This document shows positions 1-14,229 of a DNA stretch of 64,000 nucleotides, one piece after another (the stretch's first letter is position 1; the number at the start of each line of letters is the position of its first letter). Location of the stretch: the NCBI RefSeq assembly GCF_009914755.1, contig NC_060943.1. One strand, 5' to 3'. The notes below the pieces were generated by a model. It saw only the letters and a list, made by a program, of their open reading frames with translations, did no database searches and was not told the DNA's origin. Source of the DNA: the human T2T-CHM13v2.0 reference genome, Homo sapiens. A program made the position numbers and the translations under genes.

Positions 1-30
1 TGGCCCTGTGCTCCCTCTCCCACTATCCAG

Positions 31-348
31 GCCCAGCACCTCGGCTGCGCCTGGCCGATGGCCCCCACGGGTGCGCCGGCCGCCTGGAGGTCTGGCACGG
101 GGGTCGCTGGGGGTCGGTGTGTGACGACGCCTGGGACCTGCGAGACGCCGCTGTGGCCTGCCGAGAGCTGGGCTGCGGAGGGGCGCTGGCCGCCCCCGGG
201 GGCGCCTTCTTTGGGGAGGGGTCTGGACCCATCATCCTGGACGACCTTCGGTGTCGGGGAAACGAGACGGCCTTACGATTCTGCCCAGCTCGGCCCTGGG
301 GCCAGCATGACTGTCACCACCGCGAGGACGCCGGGGCCGTGTGTGACG
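31..348 (+). CDS. SSC5D: SSC5D exon, group-B SRCR domain (probably SRCR3); gene begins upstream of the window
   Basis: Acceptor ccag ends at 30, donor GT at 349; 318 nt, phase 1-1. Encodes RLADGPHGCAGRLEVWHGGRWGSVCDDAWD...CHHREDAGAVCD with 8 Cys. Confidence 0.95.
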
Positions 349-514
349 GTGAGGGGGTTGTGGTGGAGGACCGGGAGGTGGGCGTGGTGGTGCTTGGAGC
401 GGAGGGGCAAGTTCGGCGGGGGCGGGGGGGGGGGGTCCCTACGCGCCCTTCCTGCCCTCTCTCCGGACTTTCCACTCCCCCATCTTATTCCCCTCTGAAT
501 CCTCACCCTGCGTC

Positions 515-720
515 ACTGGTTCTCAGCTGGGGGTGGCTTTGCCCCCAAGGGGACATTGGACAGTGTTTGGAAACATTTTTGATGGTCACAGCTGGGGGTG
601 GGGGTGCTCCTGGCACCCAGGGGTTAGAGGCCAGGGGTGTTGCTTAGGATCCTGCAGTGCACAGGCCGCCTCCACAGCTGAGAACAGTCCAGCCCCAAAT
701 GGAAACAGAGGCGAGGATGA
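515..720. mobile_element. MER20-like hAT DNA transposon
   Basis: ggttctcagctggggg...tttgcccccaaggggacattggacagtgtttggaaacatttttg resembles the MER20 consensus as I recall it. Confidence 0.65.
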
Positions 721-1050
721 GCCTCAGCCCCGTGGCAGCCCTGGCTGGCCCTGCCTCCTGGCCCCCGGCGGAAGCCAGCCTTCTCCTCTGCATAAGGTCA
801 CCCCCCGCTTCTCTGCCACCCCTAAGCTACCATGCCCTCTGCTCTCTCTGTTCCCGTGCTCCGCATTCACACCCCTCTCCCCAGGTCAGGGATGTGGAAA
901 GCGTGGGCTGTGTCTAGGGAGGAGGTTCGGCAGGAAGAGATCTCTGCGTGCAGCTGAGAGGACTGAGGAAGGATGACGCAGGAGGTGGGGGTGCCGGCTC
1001 CGGGATGGAGGGTGTGTGTGGGTGGCAATCACTTACCCCCTGCTCCACAG

Positions 1051-1224
1051 GCATGCCCCTGGGCTACGTCCCTCCCACGGCCCCCACGGACAGCAACAAC
1101 TCCACGCCCAGGGAGGCTGCCTCCAGGCCCCCGTCCACCATGACGAGCCAGGCTCCAGGGACGGCAGGCGTTTCACCTCCTCCAGCCTCCCCTACTGTCC
1201 TTTGGGAGCCTGGACCGGAAGCCG
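1051..1224 (+). CDS. SSC5D: SSC5D Pro/Ser/Thr linker exon (GMPLGYVPPT...EPGPEA)
   Basis: ccacag acceptor ends at 1050, gtgagt donor at 1225; 174 nt, phase 1-1, open in frame. Confidence 0.9.
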
Positions 1225-1653
1225 GTGAGTCCCTCCATGCTCCCCAAGAAAACAGGGTCCTTCCTTCTGTTTCCTTCCCTCAGCTCTGAGACTGTCTCAT
1301 GGGGGGCCTCTTGCAAAGAGAAAGGTGGAGAAGAGGAGCACAGGGGCCTCGCCCAGGACACTGAGCTGGGTTCAATGCTCTGCTGTTGCGTCTGGGAGCG
1401 TGTGATAATTCTTGAACAAGGGGTCCTAACTTTCGTCATTTACCAAGCCCCCAAAATTCTGTAGCCAGTCCTGGATAAGAGAAAGGATGCTGGGCTGAGA
1501 GTCTGCTCTATTCCCAAGCTGCACGGTGTGGCTGTAGGATCCATCATGGGGTACTCAGGCCAGCTTCAAGGAACAGCCCTGCTCAAACATTACCTTTACT
1601 TTCCAGAGTCTCTGGTTCTTTAGCAAATGTGATCAATGGTTCTGCCTGCCTCC

Positions 1654-1706
<53 letters not shown>

Positions 1707-3745
1707 TTTTGAGAGTGGATTTAATTCTGTCACTCAGGCTGGAATGCAGTGGTGTGATCATGGCTCACTGAAGCCTCAACCTCTCAACCTGCAGGCTCAA
1801 GTGATCCTCCCACCTCAGCTTCCCAAGTAGCTGGGACTACTAATTTTTTGTATTTTTTTTTTTTGCAGAGATGGGGTTTGCCATGTTGCCTAGGCTGGTC
1901 TTGAACTCCTGATCCCAAACCATCTGCCTGCCTCGGCCTCCCAAAGTGCTGGGATTAGAGGCGTGAGCCACCGTGCCTGGTCTCTTTCATGAGTATTGAA
2001 AGGACTGTTGTTTTAAAATATAGGTGTTATTATTACTGAGGTATGGTGAGGCCAGGAGCTCAGGAGATGACAGCCACTAAAAAGATTGTGACTGACGGTT
2101 CTCAAGAGGATGGCGTGCCACACGGGGCCACACAGGGAAGCACCAGGGCCAGGCAGGAGGTAGACGGAGTGAGGGGGAAGCATGGCAGGAATCTTTTATA
2201 CATTTATTTAGAGACAGGGTCTCACTTGGTTGCCCAGGCTGGAGTGCAGTGGTGTAATCACAGCTCCCTGCAGTCTCAAACTGCTGGGCTCAAGTGATCC
2301 TCCCACCTCCGCCTCCTGGGTAACACAGCTGCATGCCACCGAGCCTGGCTATTTTTTTTTTTTTTTTTTTTTGTAGAGACAGGGCCTCACTATTGTCCAG
2401 GTTGGTCTCAAACTCCTGGCCTTAGGTGATCCTCCTGTCTTGGCCTCCCTAAATGCTGGGATTATAGGCGTGAGCCACCCGGCCAGGTGCAGGGGTCTTT
2501 CTTGTGTTTTTTGCAGGAAGGAATAGGTGAGACAGGTTGAGCAGGCTTAGAACTGGCTGGTTTGAAGAATTTCAGTGGGGCCGGTGGGGAGGGTGGCGAC
2601 TCAGAGGGTTGTCCTTAGTCATCTGGTACTTGGCCCTGGGGCAATGAGGACAGGTGCAGAATGGCCCAGGGTGTGAGAGCCCAGTGGAGAGGGTGGTTTG
2701 CACATGAAAGGCATGCTCAAGCCATTTACCATCTCTAGGAATTAGCTAACCCTGGGAGGGGCAGTCCCTCAGGATCAGGAATGCTCCAAGATGTCAAAGC
2801 ATCAGAAATACAGAAAATAAAAAGGCGTGGTTAACACAGCTGTCTCCTCAAGATGGGAAAAGGCCGAACAAAAGCAGCAACTTATTTTCACCATGATCAC
2901 CATTCCCAGAGGTCTCGTTCCCCTTTTCCTGAATAATAATATCAGCTAACACTGAACGAGCATGCACTGGCTCCTGGTGACTGATGCTGTTCCCAGTTCT
3001 CTCCGTGTCTCAGTCCAGGTGATGCTTACAGCCACTGTGGTGTGGATACTGATAGGTCTCCATGTTACAGATGAGGCAGCACCGCTGAGAAATGGGAGAG
3101 CCAGGATTCAAGCAAAAACACTTGTTCCAGGGCGCACGTTCTTTAAAAAACAATTGTGATAAAACATACATGACATAAAGTTTACCATTTTTACCAGTCT
3201 TTTTTTTTTTTTTTTTTAAACAGGGTCTCGCTCTGTCACCCAGGCTGGAGTGCAGTGGCACGATCTTGGCTCACTGCAACCTCCGCCTCCCGGTTCAAGC
3301 GATTCTCCTGCCTCAGCCTCCGGAGTAGCTGGGATTACAGGCTGAGCCACTGCACCTGGCCCATGCCTGGCTAATTTTTGTATTTTTAGTAGAGACAGAG
3401 TTTCTCCACGTTGGCCAGGCTGGTCTCAAACTCCTGACCTCAGGTGATCTGCCCGCCTGGGCCTCCCACAGTGCTGGAATTAACAGGTGGGAGCCACCGT
3501 GCCGGGCCTGCTGCTCCCTGTCTTTTAAAGGACTTCCTCTGAGAAGCCTTCTCCAGCTTCCTCAGGCAGAATTTTTCTCACCTTCTCCTCGTTGTGTGTC
3601 TGCCTTGCCCTTTGGGTACTTCCACTACTCCCTTTAGCTCGCTGAGCTGTAATGAAGTGTGTGCATGCTACTTTCCCTAAAGACCGAGAGCTTTTCAAAG
3701 CAGAGGCTGTGCCTGACTCATAAACAACAACAAAACACCTTATTA

Positions 3746-3797
3746 TCCCTGGTGGTCTAGTGGTTAGGAAAATAAAATCTAAGAAAGAAGAAAAAAA
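3746..3797 (+). pseudogene. Retrocopy of the 5' 24 nt of tRNA-Glu(CTC) with an A-rich tail
   Basis: TCCCTGGTGGTCTAGTGGTTAGGA (3746-3769) equals the 5' end of human tRNA-Glu-CTC; A-rich tail follows; flanking repeats aaaacaccttatta (3732-3745) and aaaaacccttatta (3793-3806). Confidence 0.8.
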
Positions 3798-4326
3798 CCC
3801 TTATTAAACCAATAATAATGAGAGAAAATTAAGGGTGGTGAACAACTGCATGGAAAAAGACTTATTTTAATTGAGGTGACATTCATGTAACATAAAGTTA
3901 ACCAGTTTAAGTATACAACTTAAGTGGTATTTATACATTCAAAATGCTGTACAACCACTACTATTTGGCTACTGTGAATGGTGCTGCTATGAACATTCAC
4001 ATACTGGTATCTGTGTGAATACCTGTTTTCAGTTTATTCTGGGTATATCCCTAGTAGCAGACTTTCTAGATTATATGGTAATTTGATGTGTAGCTTTTTG
4101 AGGATCCTCCAAACTCTGCCTGACTCATTATCCCTCATGCCTAATGCAGAAAATGGCACAAAAAAGGCCTCATGAAATACTTGCTGCCTGGAGGAAAGGA
4201 TGGATGAATGGAGGGAAGGCCTAGATGGATGAGTGGAAAGGAAGATGGGGGGAGGGAAAGGTGGATGAAGAGCAGGAGGCTGGGCGGCTTCCCCAACTCT
4301 AATTCTTTGGGTCTCTTCTACCCCAG

Positions 4327-4644
4327 GGTCCCCCCAGCTGCGCCTGGTGGCTGGGCCCAGCAAGTGCTCAGGTCGACTGGAGGTGTGGCATGACCAGCGC
4401 TGGGGGACCGTGTGTGACGATAGCTGGGACATGCGGGATTCAGCTGTGGTCTGCCGGGAGCTGGGCTGTGGTGGACCTCAGCAGCCAGACCCTGCTGCTG
4501 GCCGCTTTGGCTGGGGTGCGGGCCCCATCTGGCTAGATGATGTGGGCTGTGTGGGGACCGAGGCTTCACTGTCCGACTGCCCTGCTGCTCCCTGGGGAAA
4601 GCACAACTGCGCTCACAATGAGGATGTTGGGGTCACCTGCACTG
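4327..4644 (+). CDS. SSC5D: SSC5D SRCR domain exon (probably SRCR4)
   Basis: ccccag acceptor, gtaagg donor; 318 nt. GRLEVWHDQRWGTVCDDSWD...CAHNEDVGVTCT with 8 Cys. Confidence 0.95.
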
Positions 4645-5224
4645 GTAAGGAGGCCCTAGCTATCTGTTGACTCCAGGAGGGCTTCCTGGAGGGGAACAGT
4701 AACTAACATGGGCACTAACATTGATTGAGTGCTTCCTAAGCCCCAGCCCTGTGCTGGGTGTTTTTGCACATATAACCACATTGAAATCACATAATAAGTC
4801 TAGGGTGGTGTGTGTTATGCTCATTTTACTGATAAAGAAGCTGAGGCACAGAGAGGTTGGGTAACTTGCTCAAGATCACACAGCAACAACTAACTGGCAG
4901 ATCTGGGATTCCCACTCAGAGAAGCTTCTGCTTCCTCTTCCTTCCAGGAATCAAGGAAATCTCCCACTAAGAAAGGAGCTTTAGCTTTCCTAAGATGAAA
5001 GGAAGCAGGCAGGGCACTGGGAGATGGAAAGAAGCCAAAGTGAGAGCCAGTTAACATAAACTCAGGCAATGCCTGTTATTAAATTGCAGAGGCTGAGCCA
5101 GGTGCAGGGTCCTCATGCTGGGCTCATGAATGGAATGAACATGGTCTTGGTCTTTGAATAGCTCACAGCTCATGTAGAGAAATACTCTAACAAATCATTG
5201 CAAACTTGTGTGACTCGTTATAGT

Positions 5225-5820
5225 TTGAGGTTACCAAGACCACTGTCAGACTCAATAATTTGCTAGAAGAACTCTTAGAATCAAAGAATCTGTTACACTC
5301 AGCGTTATCGTTTATCACAGTGAAAGGATACAGATTAAAATCAGCCAAGGGAAGAGGCGCCTGAGGCAGGGCTCAGGAGACAGTAGGTGTGAGCTTCCAA
5401 CTGTCCTGTCCCAGTGGAGTTATGCAGACAGCACTTCATTATCCCAGCAACGAAGTGGGACAACACACATGAGGAACTGCCAACTAGGGAAGTTCCCCCA
5501 AGCCTTGGCATCCAGAGTGTTCGTGGGGACTTGGCCACGTACATGTGGCTGACCATAAATCACACTGTTAGCATAGGCGGTCTGGCATGGCCCAAGTGCC
5601 CCAGGGAAAAAAATCTCTTATCAGGCAAGGTGTTCCAAAGGCTTCGAAGTCATCTCCCAGGAGCCGGGGAAAAGGCGAAACCTTTCTTTGGGCAGGGTTA
5701 ATCCTTTACTGCACACGTGTGCTAATCAGAAAGATGGAAGATGGAGAGTGGTGTCTCAAAGGATGGAGGCATCACCTCTGCTGGAAGCTACGGCTCTTCC
5801 CTCTGTCCCCGTCTTCCTGA
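5225..5820. mobile_element. LTR remnant (MER21-like)
   Basis: gaaaggatacagattaaaatcagccaagggaagaggcgc... is typical of MER21-type LTRs; family assigned by recall. Confidence 0.5.
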
Positions 5821-6262
5821 GGGCCACGGGGGCACCACAGAAGGATTCTGAGTTCGGGAGTGGCCTGTCGGACCTGGGTACCCCACTGGTGGTCAGTAAG
5901 AATTGACAGGGAGGTAGGGAGACCTGTCAGAAGGTATAGGAAATGAGGCCCTGACTCAGAGCAGAAGCTGAGGAGATGGAGAGGAGAGGTCAGGTGTGAA
6001 AGGGTGAGGGGGTCAGTTATGTCCAGATTGTAAATGCCAAGAAGGCGGGGGCAGTGTCGGGTTTGGCTTGCCATAGGCTACCCGAGGGTCTAATATGGTG
6101 TGTGGCTCATAGGAGGTGCTCAATAAATATTTGTGACAATAAATGAATGAATGATGAATGAATGGGAACTAGGTGAGTGACTGGAGAGAAGGAGGGGCCT
6201 GGGTAGATGATCTTGTCATCATGGTGTCTCTGTCTTCTCTTCCTGCCCCACTCACCTTCCAG

Positions 6263-6859
6263 GGCCCCCAGGCCTGGACTCCATCTCAGACCCCTTCAGC
6301 TGGAGCTGGATTCCTGGACTGGGGAGAGATCGGGATGCCTGGCTCCCGGGAGAGCTGGCCACCAAGCCCTCTGCAAGTGTGACTGCCAGTGTTCTGGAGA
6401 AAACAACCACGAAGGCCCCAGGGAAAATGCCTAAGAGTACTAAGAAGTGGGTGACAAAAAATGCAAAGAGACCAACCACTCAACCCCCAGTGATGCCAAC
6501 CACGAAACACTCCAGGGCCCAAAGCCCCCCAGACCTAACTTCACAGACCACTGCAGCACTGACCACTGAGGCCTCCCGAAGACCTACCTCTGAGTTTACC
6601 AGAAGGCCGACCACGGAGGCCCCCCAGAGATGGACCTCTCACACCACTGCCACGCTGACCCCTCAGGCCCCCCGAGAACGGACCACTAAGACCATGGCAA
6701 TGCTGACCACTCAAGGCCCCCAAGAAATGACCTCTGAGTCCACTATCAAGAGTATCCCTCAGGCCTCCCTGGAGCCATCTGCTGAGATCCCAGAAGGGTC
6801 TCCAGAGTCACCCAAAGACCCGGCCCCCTCTCCCAGTGTTAGCACCACTGGGGAATCAG
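6263..6859 (+). CDS. SSC5D: SSC5D Thr/Pro-rich linker exon
   Basis: ttccag acceptor, gtgagt donor at 6860; 597 nt, phase 1-1; same frame as ORF 6379..6873. Confidence 0.9.
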
Positions 6860-6936
6860 GTGAGTGGCCGTGAGGGGTGTGGGGAGAGAATGGGAGAGGC
6901 TGACCCTCCCTCCTGACCTAAGGGCCTTCCACGCAG

Positions 6937-7251
6937 GCCTGTTCCGGGTTCGTCTGGCCGATGGGCCCAACCGCTGTGCTGGCCGGCTGGAAGTGTGGCA
7001 TGCCGGACGCTGGGGAACAGTGTGTGATGACAACTGGGACCTGCGGGACGCCACTGTGGCCTGCTGGGAACTGGGCTGTGGAAAGGTCCGGCCTCGAGTA
7101 GGCAAAACCCATTACGGCCCTGGGACTGGGCCCATCTGGCTGGATGACATGGGCTGTAAGGGAAGCGAGGCCTCACTGAGCGACTGCCCCTCGGGGGCTT
7201 GGGGGAAGCACAACTGTGACCACGAGGAAGACGTGGGGCTCACCTGCACTG
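6937..7251 (+). CDS. SSC5D: SSC5D SRCR domain exon (probably SRCR5)
   Basis: acgcag acceptor after a 77-nt intron, weak gtacca donor at 7252; 315 nt, 8-Cys SRCR. Confidence 0.93.
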
Positions 7252-7480
7252 GTACCAGGGCATGGCGGCGGTGGTGGGGTTGTCGGGGGTGGCCAGGAGA
7301 ATGGAGTCAGGGTGGGGCCAGGTGACGGCACCATGGTCGACTCTAAAGAACTGGGTATGAGGGGTCGGGGTGGGGAGATCCCAGAGTTGCTCCAGAAGAT
7401 TCCAAAAGGGGAGGGAAGAGCAGCAGCAAGGACCTCTGAGAAAGAGGATGGGGTCAACCATTACCCCAATTTCTCCAAAG

Positions 7481-7648
7481 GCTACACAGACTATGACGAT
7501 TATCCCCCCTGGACCTGGGACCCCACCTCAAGAGAGGACCTGGCCAAGGGGACTACCACAGCGGGGGTACCTGGACACACTCTCCCCTGGAGGACCACCC
7601 GGCGCCCGGGTAGCTCCTCCCCAGCAATAAGGCGCCTGCCGGACACAG
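7481..7648 (+). CDS. SSC5D: SSC5D exon GYTDYDDYPPWTWD...RRLPDT
   Basis: ttctccaaag acceptor, gtgaga donor at 7649; 168 nt, phase 1-1. Confidence 0.9.
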
Positions 7649-8532
7649 GTGAGAGGCCTGATTGGGGTGACCATGGGGGGCCTCCATAAACCTCCATTCG
7701 CTTCCCTGCAGGGTTTCCAGAAAGACCCTTCTCAATGAGCTGGCTGAGGCCTCGGGGCACCCTGGAAAGGTTTTCCTTGGCTCCTGAGACCCTAAACGCA
7801 TTACCTCCTTGGGCTCAATGGTGACACTTCTTCAGAGCCAAGGACACCATCTAAGAGATCAGGCTAAGCTCAGCAATCCTGAGCCCATGGCCCTCCTGTA
7901 AGCCACACAATATGCAAGCCTGGGGCCCTCAGTCAAACCCACAACCAAGGGCCATTCTGTCATCACATCATCGTCCCCACCCCAGCTCCCCCAGAGCAAG
8001 CGAAACCTCACCCATTCTTGAAGCTCACGCTCTGGTCCGGGCCTGGTATGGCTCAGAGGTGGGGACTCCTGGAGTGCAGCTTCTCTCCTTACCCTGGCCA
8101 TCCCCTCCCTCTGGCCAGCAGAATCAGCCTCCAGGGCCACAGCTCCATCCCCCTCTGCTCTATGGCCTCTGTCTTGCTGCTGCAGCTCCTTCCACACCTG
8201 GGACCACGCCCCGCTTTGGCCCCCACATCACTGTCACCACATTCTTCTGCCTTTTTCTTTGCCTGTCTTCCTTGTATCCCCATCTCTCAGGATCCCTGCG
8301 AATCCATCTCTGCTCCTGTTTCTCACTTGCTGTTGGTCTCTTTTTTTCATTATCCATTTCTCACCCTCATCATCTCTATCTCTGTATTGCCCAGGATGGA
8401 GTGCAGTGGTGTGATCTCAGCTCACTGCAGCCTTGACTGCCCGGGCCCAAGCGATCCTCCTGCCTCAGCTTCCTGAAAAGGTGGGACTACAGATGTGCGC
8501 CACCACACCCGGCTCATTTTTAATTTTTGTAG

Positions 8533-8769
<237 letters not shown>

Positions 8770-9269
8770 TAATTTCTTTTGCTCTCTCTCACCATCTTTC
8801 TCATTTTTTTTCTTTCGTTGTCAGTTTCATATTCCCATCATTTCTTTTTCCCTGTCTTTCTTTTTCAATTTCTCACCCTCATTACATCTATTTCTCACTC
8901 CAGTTTTCGTGGTCAGTTTCTCTTTATTTTTTTCTCCCTTGTCCTTCTGTCTTTTTGTTTCATTATCAGTCTCACACTCTCATCTCTGTTTCTCACCTAG
9001 TTTTTCCTGGTCAATTTATCTGTCTTTCCCCCTCAGTCTTTCACTTTTCTTTCAGATCTCACCTTCACCACCTCTGTTTCTCACTCCAATTTTCATGGTA
9101 AATTTCTCTCTCTCTTTTTTGAGACAGGATCTTGCTCTGTTGCCCAGGCTGAAGTGCAGTGGTGCGATCTCAGTTCACTGCAGCCTTGAACTCCCAGGCT
9201 CAGGTGATCCTCCGACCTCAGCCTCCTGAATAGCTGGGATTACAGATGCACACCACCATGCCTGGCTAA

Positions 9270-9390
<121 letters not shown>

Positions 9391-10562
9391 TAGCTGGGAT
9401 TACAGGCGTGTGCCACCACTCCCGGCTAATTTTTGTATTTTTAGTAGAGAAGGGTTTCACCATGTTGGCCAGGCTGGTCTCAAATTCCTGACCTCGTGAT
9501 CCGCCTGCCTCGGCCTCCCAAAGTGCTGGGATTACAGGGGTGAGCCACCGCTCCCGGCCTGATTTTTTGTCGAGATGGGTTCTCACTATGTTGCCCAGGC
9601 TGGTCTCAAACTCTTGGGCTCAAGTCATCGGCTTGCTGCGGCCTCCCAAAGTGCTGGAATTGCAGGCGGGAGCCACTGGGCCCAAACTGTTTCTGTATCT
9701 TCCGTCCTCTTGTCTTTCACTTTCAGTTCTCAGCTTCGCCACCTGCTTCTCACTCGATTTTTCACGGTCGGTTTTGCTATATCACCTCATACTCTCATCG
9801 TCTCCATTTCTCACTGCGTTCTCTCCCCAGGCCCAGCGCTGTGGTATCTTTTCCTTTGTCTCTTACGGTTGTTTTCTGAGTCTCCATCTCCCGCGCCTTC
9901 CCTGCAGTCTCCCGCGTGCTCTCTTCTCTCTCCCCCTCGTTTCTCTCATGGTCAGCCCCCTTCCCTCCGTTTCTGTCTCCCGCGGGCTCCTCTGTCCGTT
10001 TCTCACCGTCCCCGCCGCCCTCGCCGCTCCCTCACGGGAGGTTTCACTCCCCACCTAAGGGGCAGCGTTTCTGTCCTCCCTCTGTGCCCGTCGCAGTCGC
10101 TGTTTCTCCGTCTTCTCCCTCCCTTCCACTCTCCCGCCCTGCTCGCCGTCTGGGGCTGCCTGGGTTTCTGCCTCTGTCGCCCCGCGCCCCGTACCTGTGC
10201 CCTCCTGAGAGGCCCAAGCCTCCCGCTCCCGCAGGAGAGTCTCGCCGCAAGCGTCCTTTCCCGCCTTTTTTTTTTCTGGCGCTCAGCACGCATGCGCAGG
10301 CGCGGTGGGCCCGGGAATGGAGGGACGGGATGGGGCAGGCGTTCATCTGCCTCGCACCTCGTGACGTCACAGGCGCGCTGCGCCTCCTGATTGGCCAGCC
10401 GGCGCATCGCCCGCAGTAATAATAGCTGGGCGAAGGGCAACCAGGCCCCAAGAAGCGGGCCTTGAGGTGGGGAAAGGGAGGGAGGAAGCAGGCCCTAGAG
10501 GCGCCGTGACTTGGGGGTGGGTGGGCTTCAGCTGTGAGTTAGAGCTATCATTCCGTTTCCAG

Positions 10563-10633
10563 AGCCGGAAGCGGGAGCTCCGAGAGGTGATGCTCCTCGT
10601 TCAAGGACTGCCAGGGTTGCAGCGCCTCCCTAG
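10563..10633 (+). CDS. SSC5D: SSC5D alternative terminal exon of the short isoform (EPEAGAPRGDAPRSRTARVAAPP*)
   Basis: Acceptor ttccgtttccag ends at 10562; phase-1 entry gives 23 aa then TAG at 10631-10633; AATAAA at 10749. Agrees with my recollection (not checked) of a shorter SSC5D isoform. Too short for the ORF track. Confidence 0.8.
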
Positions 10634-10637
10634 CCCA

Positions 10638-10653
10638 TAGCGCCCCCTCGTGG
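10638..10653 (-). promoter_or_regulatory. CTCF-binding motif
   Basis: Reverse complement reads CCACGAGGGGGCGCTA, close to the CTCF core consensus CCACCAGGGGGCGCTA. Confidence 0.7.
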
Positions 10654-10748
10654 TGGAGGCGGGCACGTGCCGGGCACAGCGGCTGCGGAGACAGCGGGTC
10701 CGGCCTCGGGACCCCTCCCGTAGGGTAGGGAGGCAGCCAATGAGCAGA

Positions 10749-10754
10749 AATAAA
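10749..10754 (+). terminator. Polyadenylation signal of the SSC5D short isoform
   Basis: AATAAA about 115 nt after the TAG of the alternative exon. Confidence 0.7.
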
Positions 10755-10895
10755 TGCAGAATCACAAACTGCGCCGGTGAAATGAAAAGACAGCCATGTG
10801 TGCCACCTTATCAATAGGAAGACTTGGAGGCGTATGCGGGGTGGAGTGGGAGACGAGGCAGGCATGCATTCTTAGCTTCAGGATTGAAAAAGTGA

Positions 10896-11320
<425 letters not shown>

Positions 11321-11849
11321 TGACCCCAACTTCAGGCCATAGAAACTGTTGCTACACCTGTGTTTCAGATGGGGTAAAAAGTGAGGCTCAGAGAAGTTTA
11401 ACTTAGGAGCCACGATTATAACCTGTTTTAAGTGATTTCACACGTTTTGCTCCTTGGATTGGGAACCATATGCTAAAATAGAAGCACGAGTCTGGAGTCC
11501 GACTCTCCTACCAGGTTCCAATCGTGGTTCCAACCCGGATTAGAACTAGTTGGGTGACTGCAGGCCCCAATTCAATGAACAAAATGTGTGTGAAATCGTT
11601 TAAAACCGCAGAATATTGTTTGTTAGGGTTATTTGCTGAAAACGAACAACAGCTGCAGGATTTCAGGGAACGAGCGATTATTTGTAGTAGAGAAATCAAG
11701 GAAACCTCACAGGGGAGATGATATTATTTCATCAGCAGGCCACAAGGAGAAATGAATTCTCAGAGAAGCAAAGGGTGGGAGAAATTTGCATTGCCAGAAA
11801 TTTTCATCGGTGTTATCCATCTCTGCTAGACTTTAAGCTCTGTGAAAGA

Positions 11850-12660
<811 letters not shown>

Positions 12661-12769
12661 GATCTATCTGGAATCCCTAGTGTCTAGGGCAGTGCTTGAA
12701 ACTCAGTAGTTAATTCTTATGTTATTTGTTAAATGAATGAACAAATGAGAGATGACATTGTAAGTCTAA

Positions 12770-13122
<353 letters not shown>

Positions 13123-13240
13123 GGAGTTTGGATTTTTATGAAGCAGCATTTCTTCAGGCTTCCTGGATGATGGAGTTTGGAGATACAAACGTCAGTTCAT
13201 GTGTCAAATGCCTACTGTGTGACAGAGCATGTACTAACTA

Positions 13241-14229
<989 letters not shown>

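Larger units (their letters stand above)
9950..10800. promoter_or_regulatory. Intragenic CpG island with promoter-type motifs
   Basis: High CpG density; NRF1-like CGCATGCGCAGGCGC 10289-10303; CRE TGACGTCA 10362-10369; ATTGG 10390-10394; ETS CCGGAAG 10565-10571; E-box CACGTG 10664-10669; CCAAT 10737-10741. Confidence 0.75.

Noticed and set aside
3746-3769. Functional tRNA-Glu gene
   Set aside because: Only 24 nt present; no anticodon arm, T arm or B box.
7216-7689. ORF reading through the 229-nt SSC5D intron
   Set aside because: Intron length is not a multiple of 3; retention stops at TGA 7323-7325 in the upstream exon frame.
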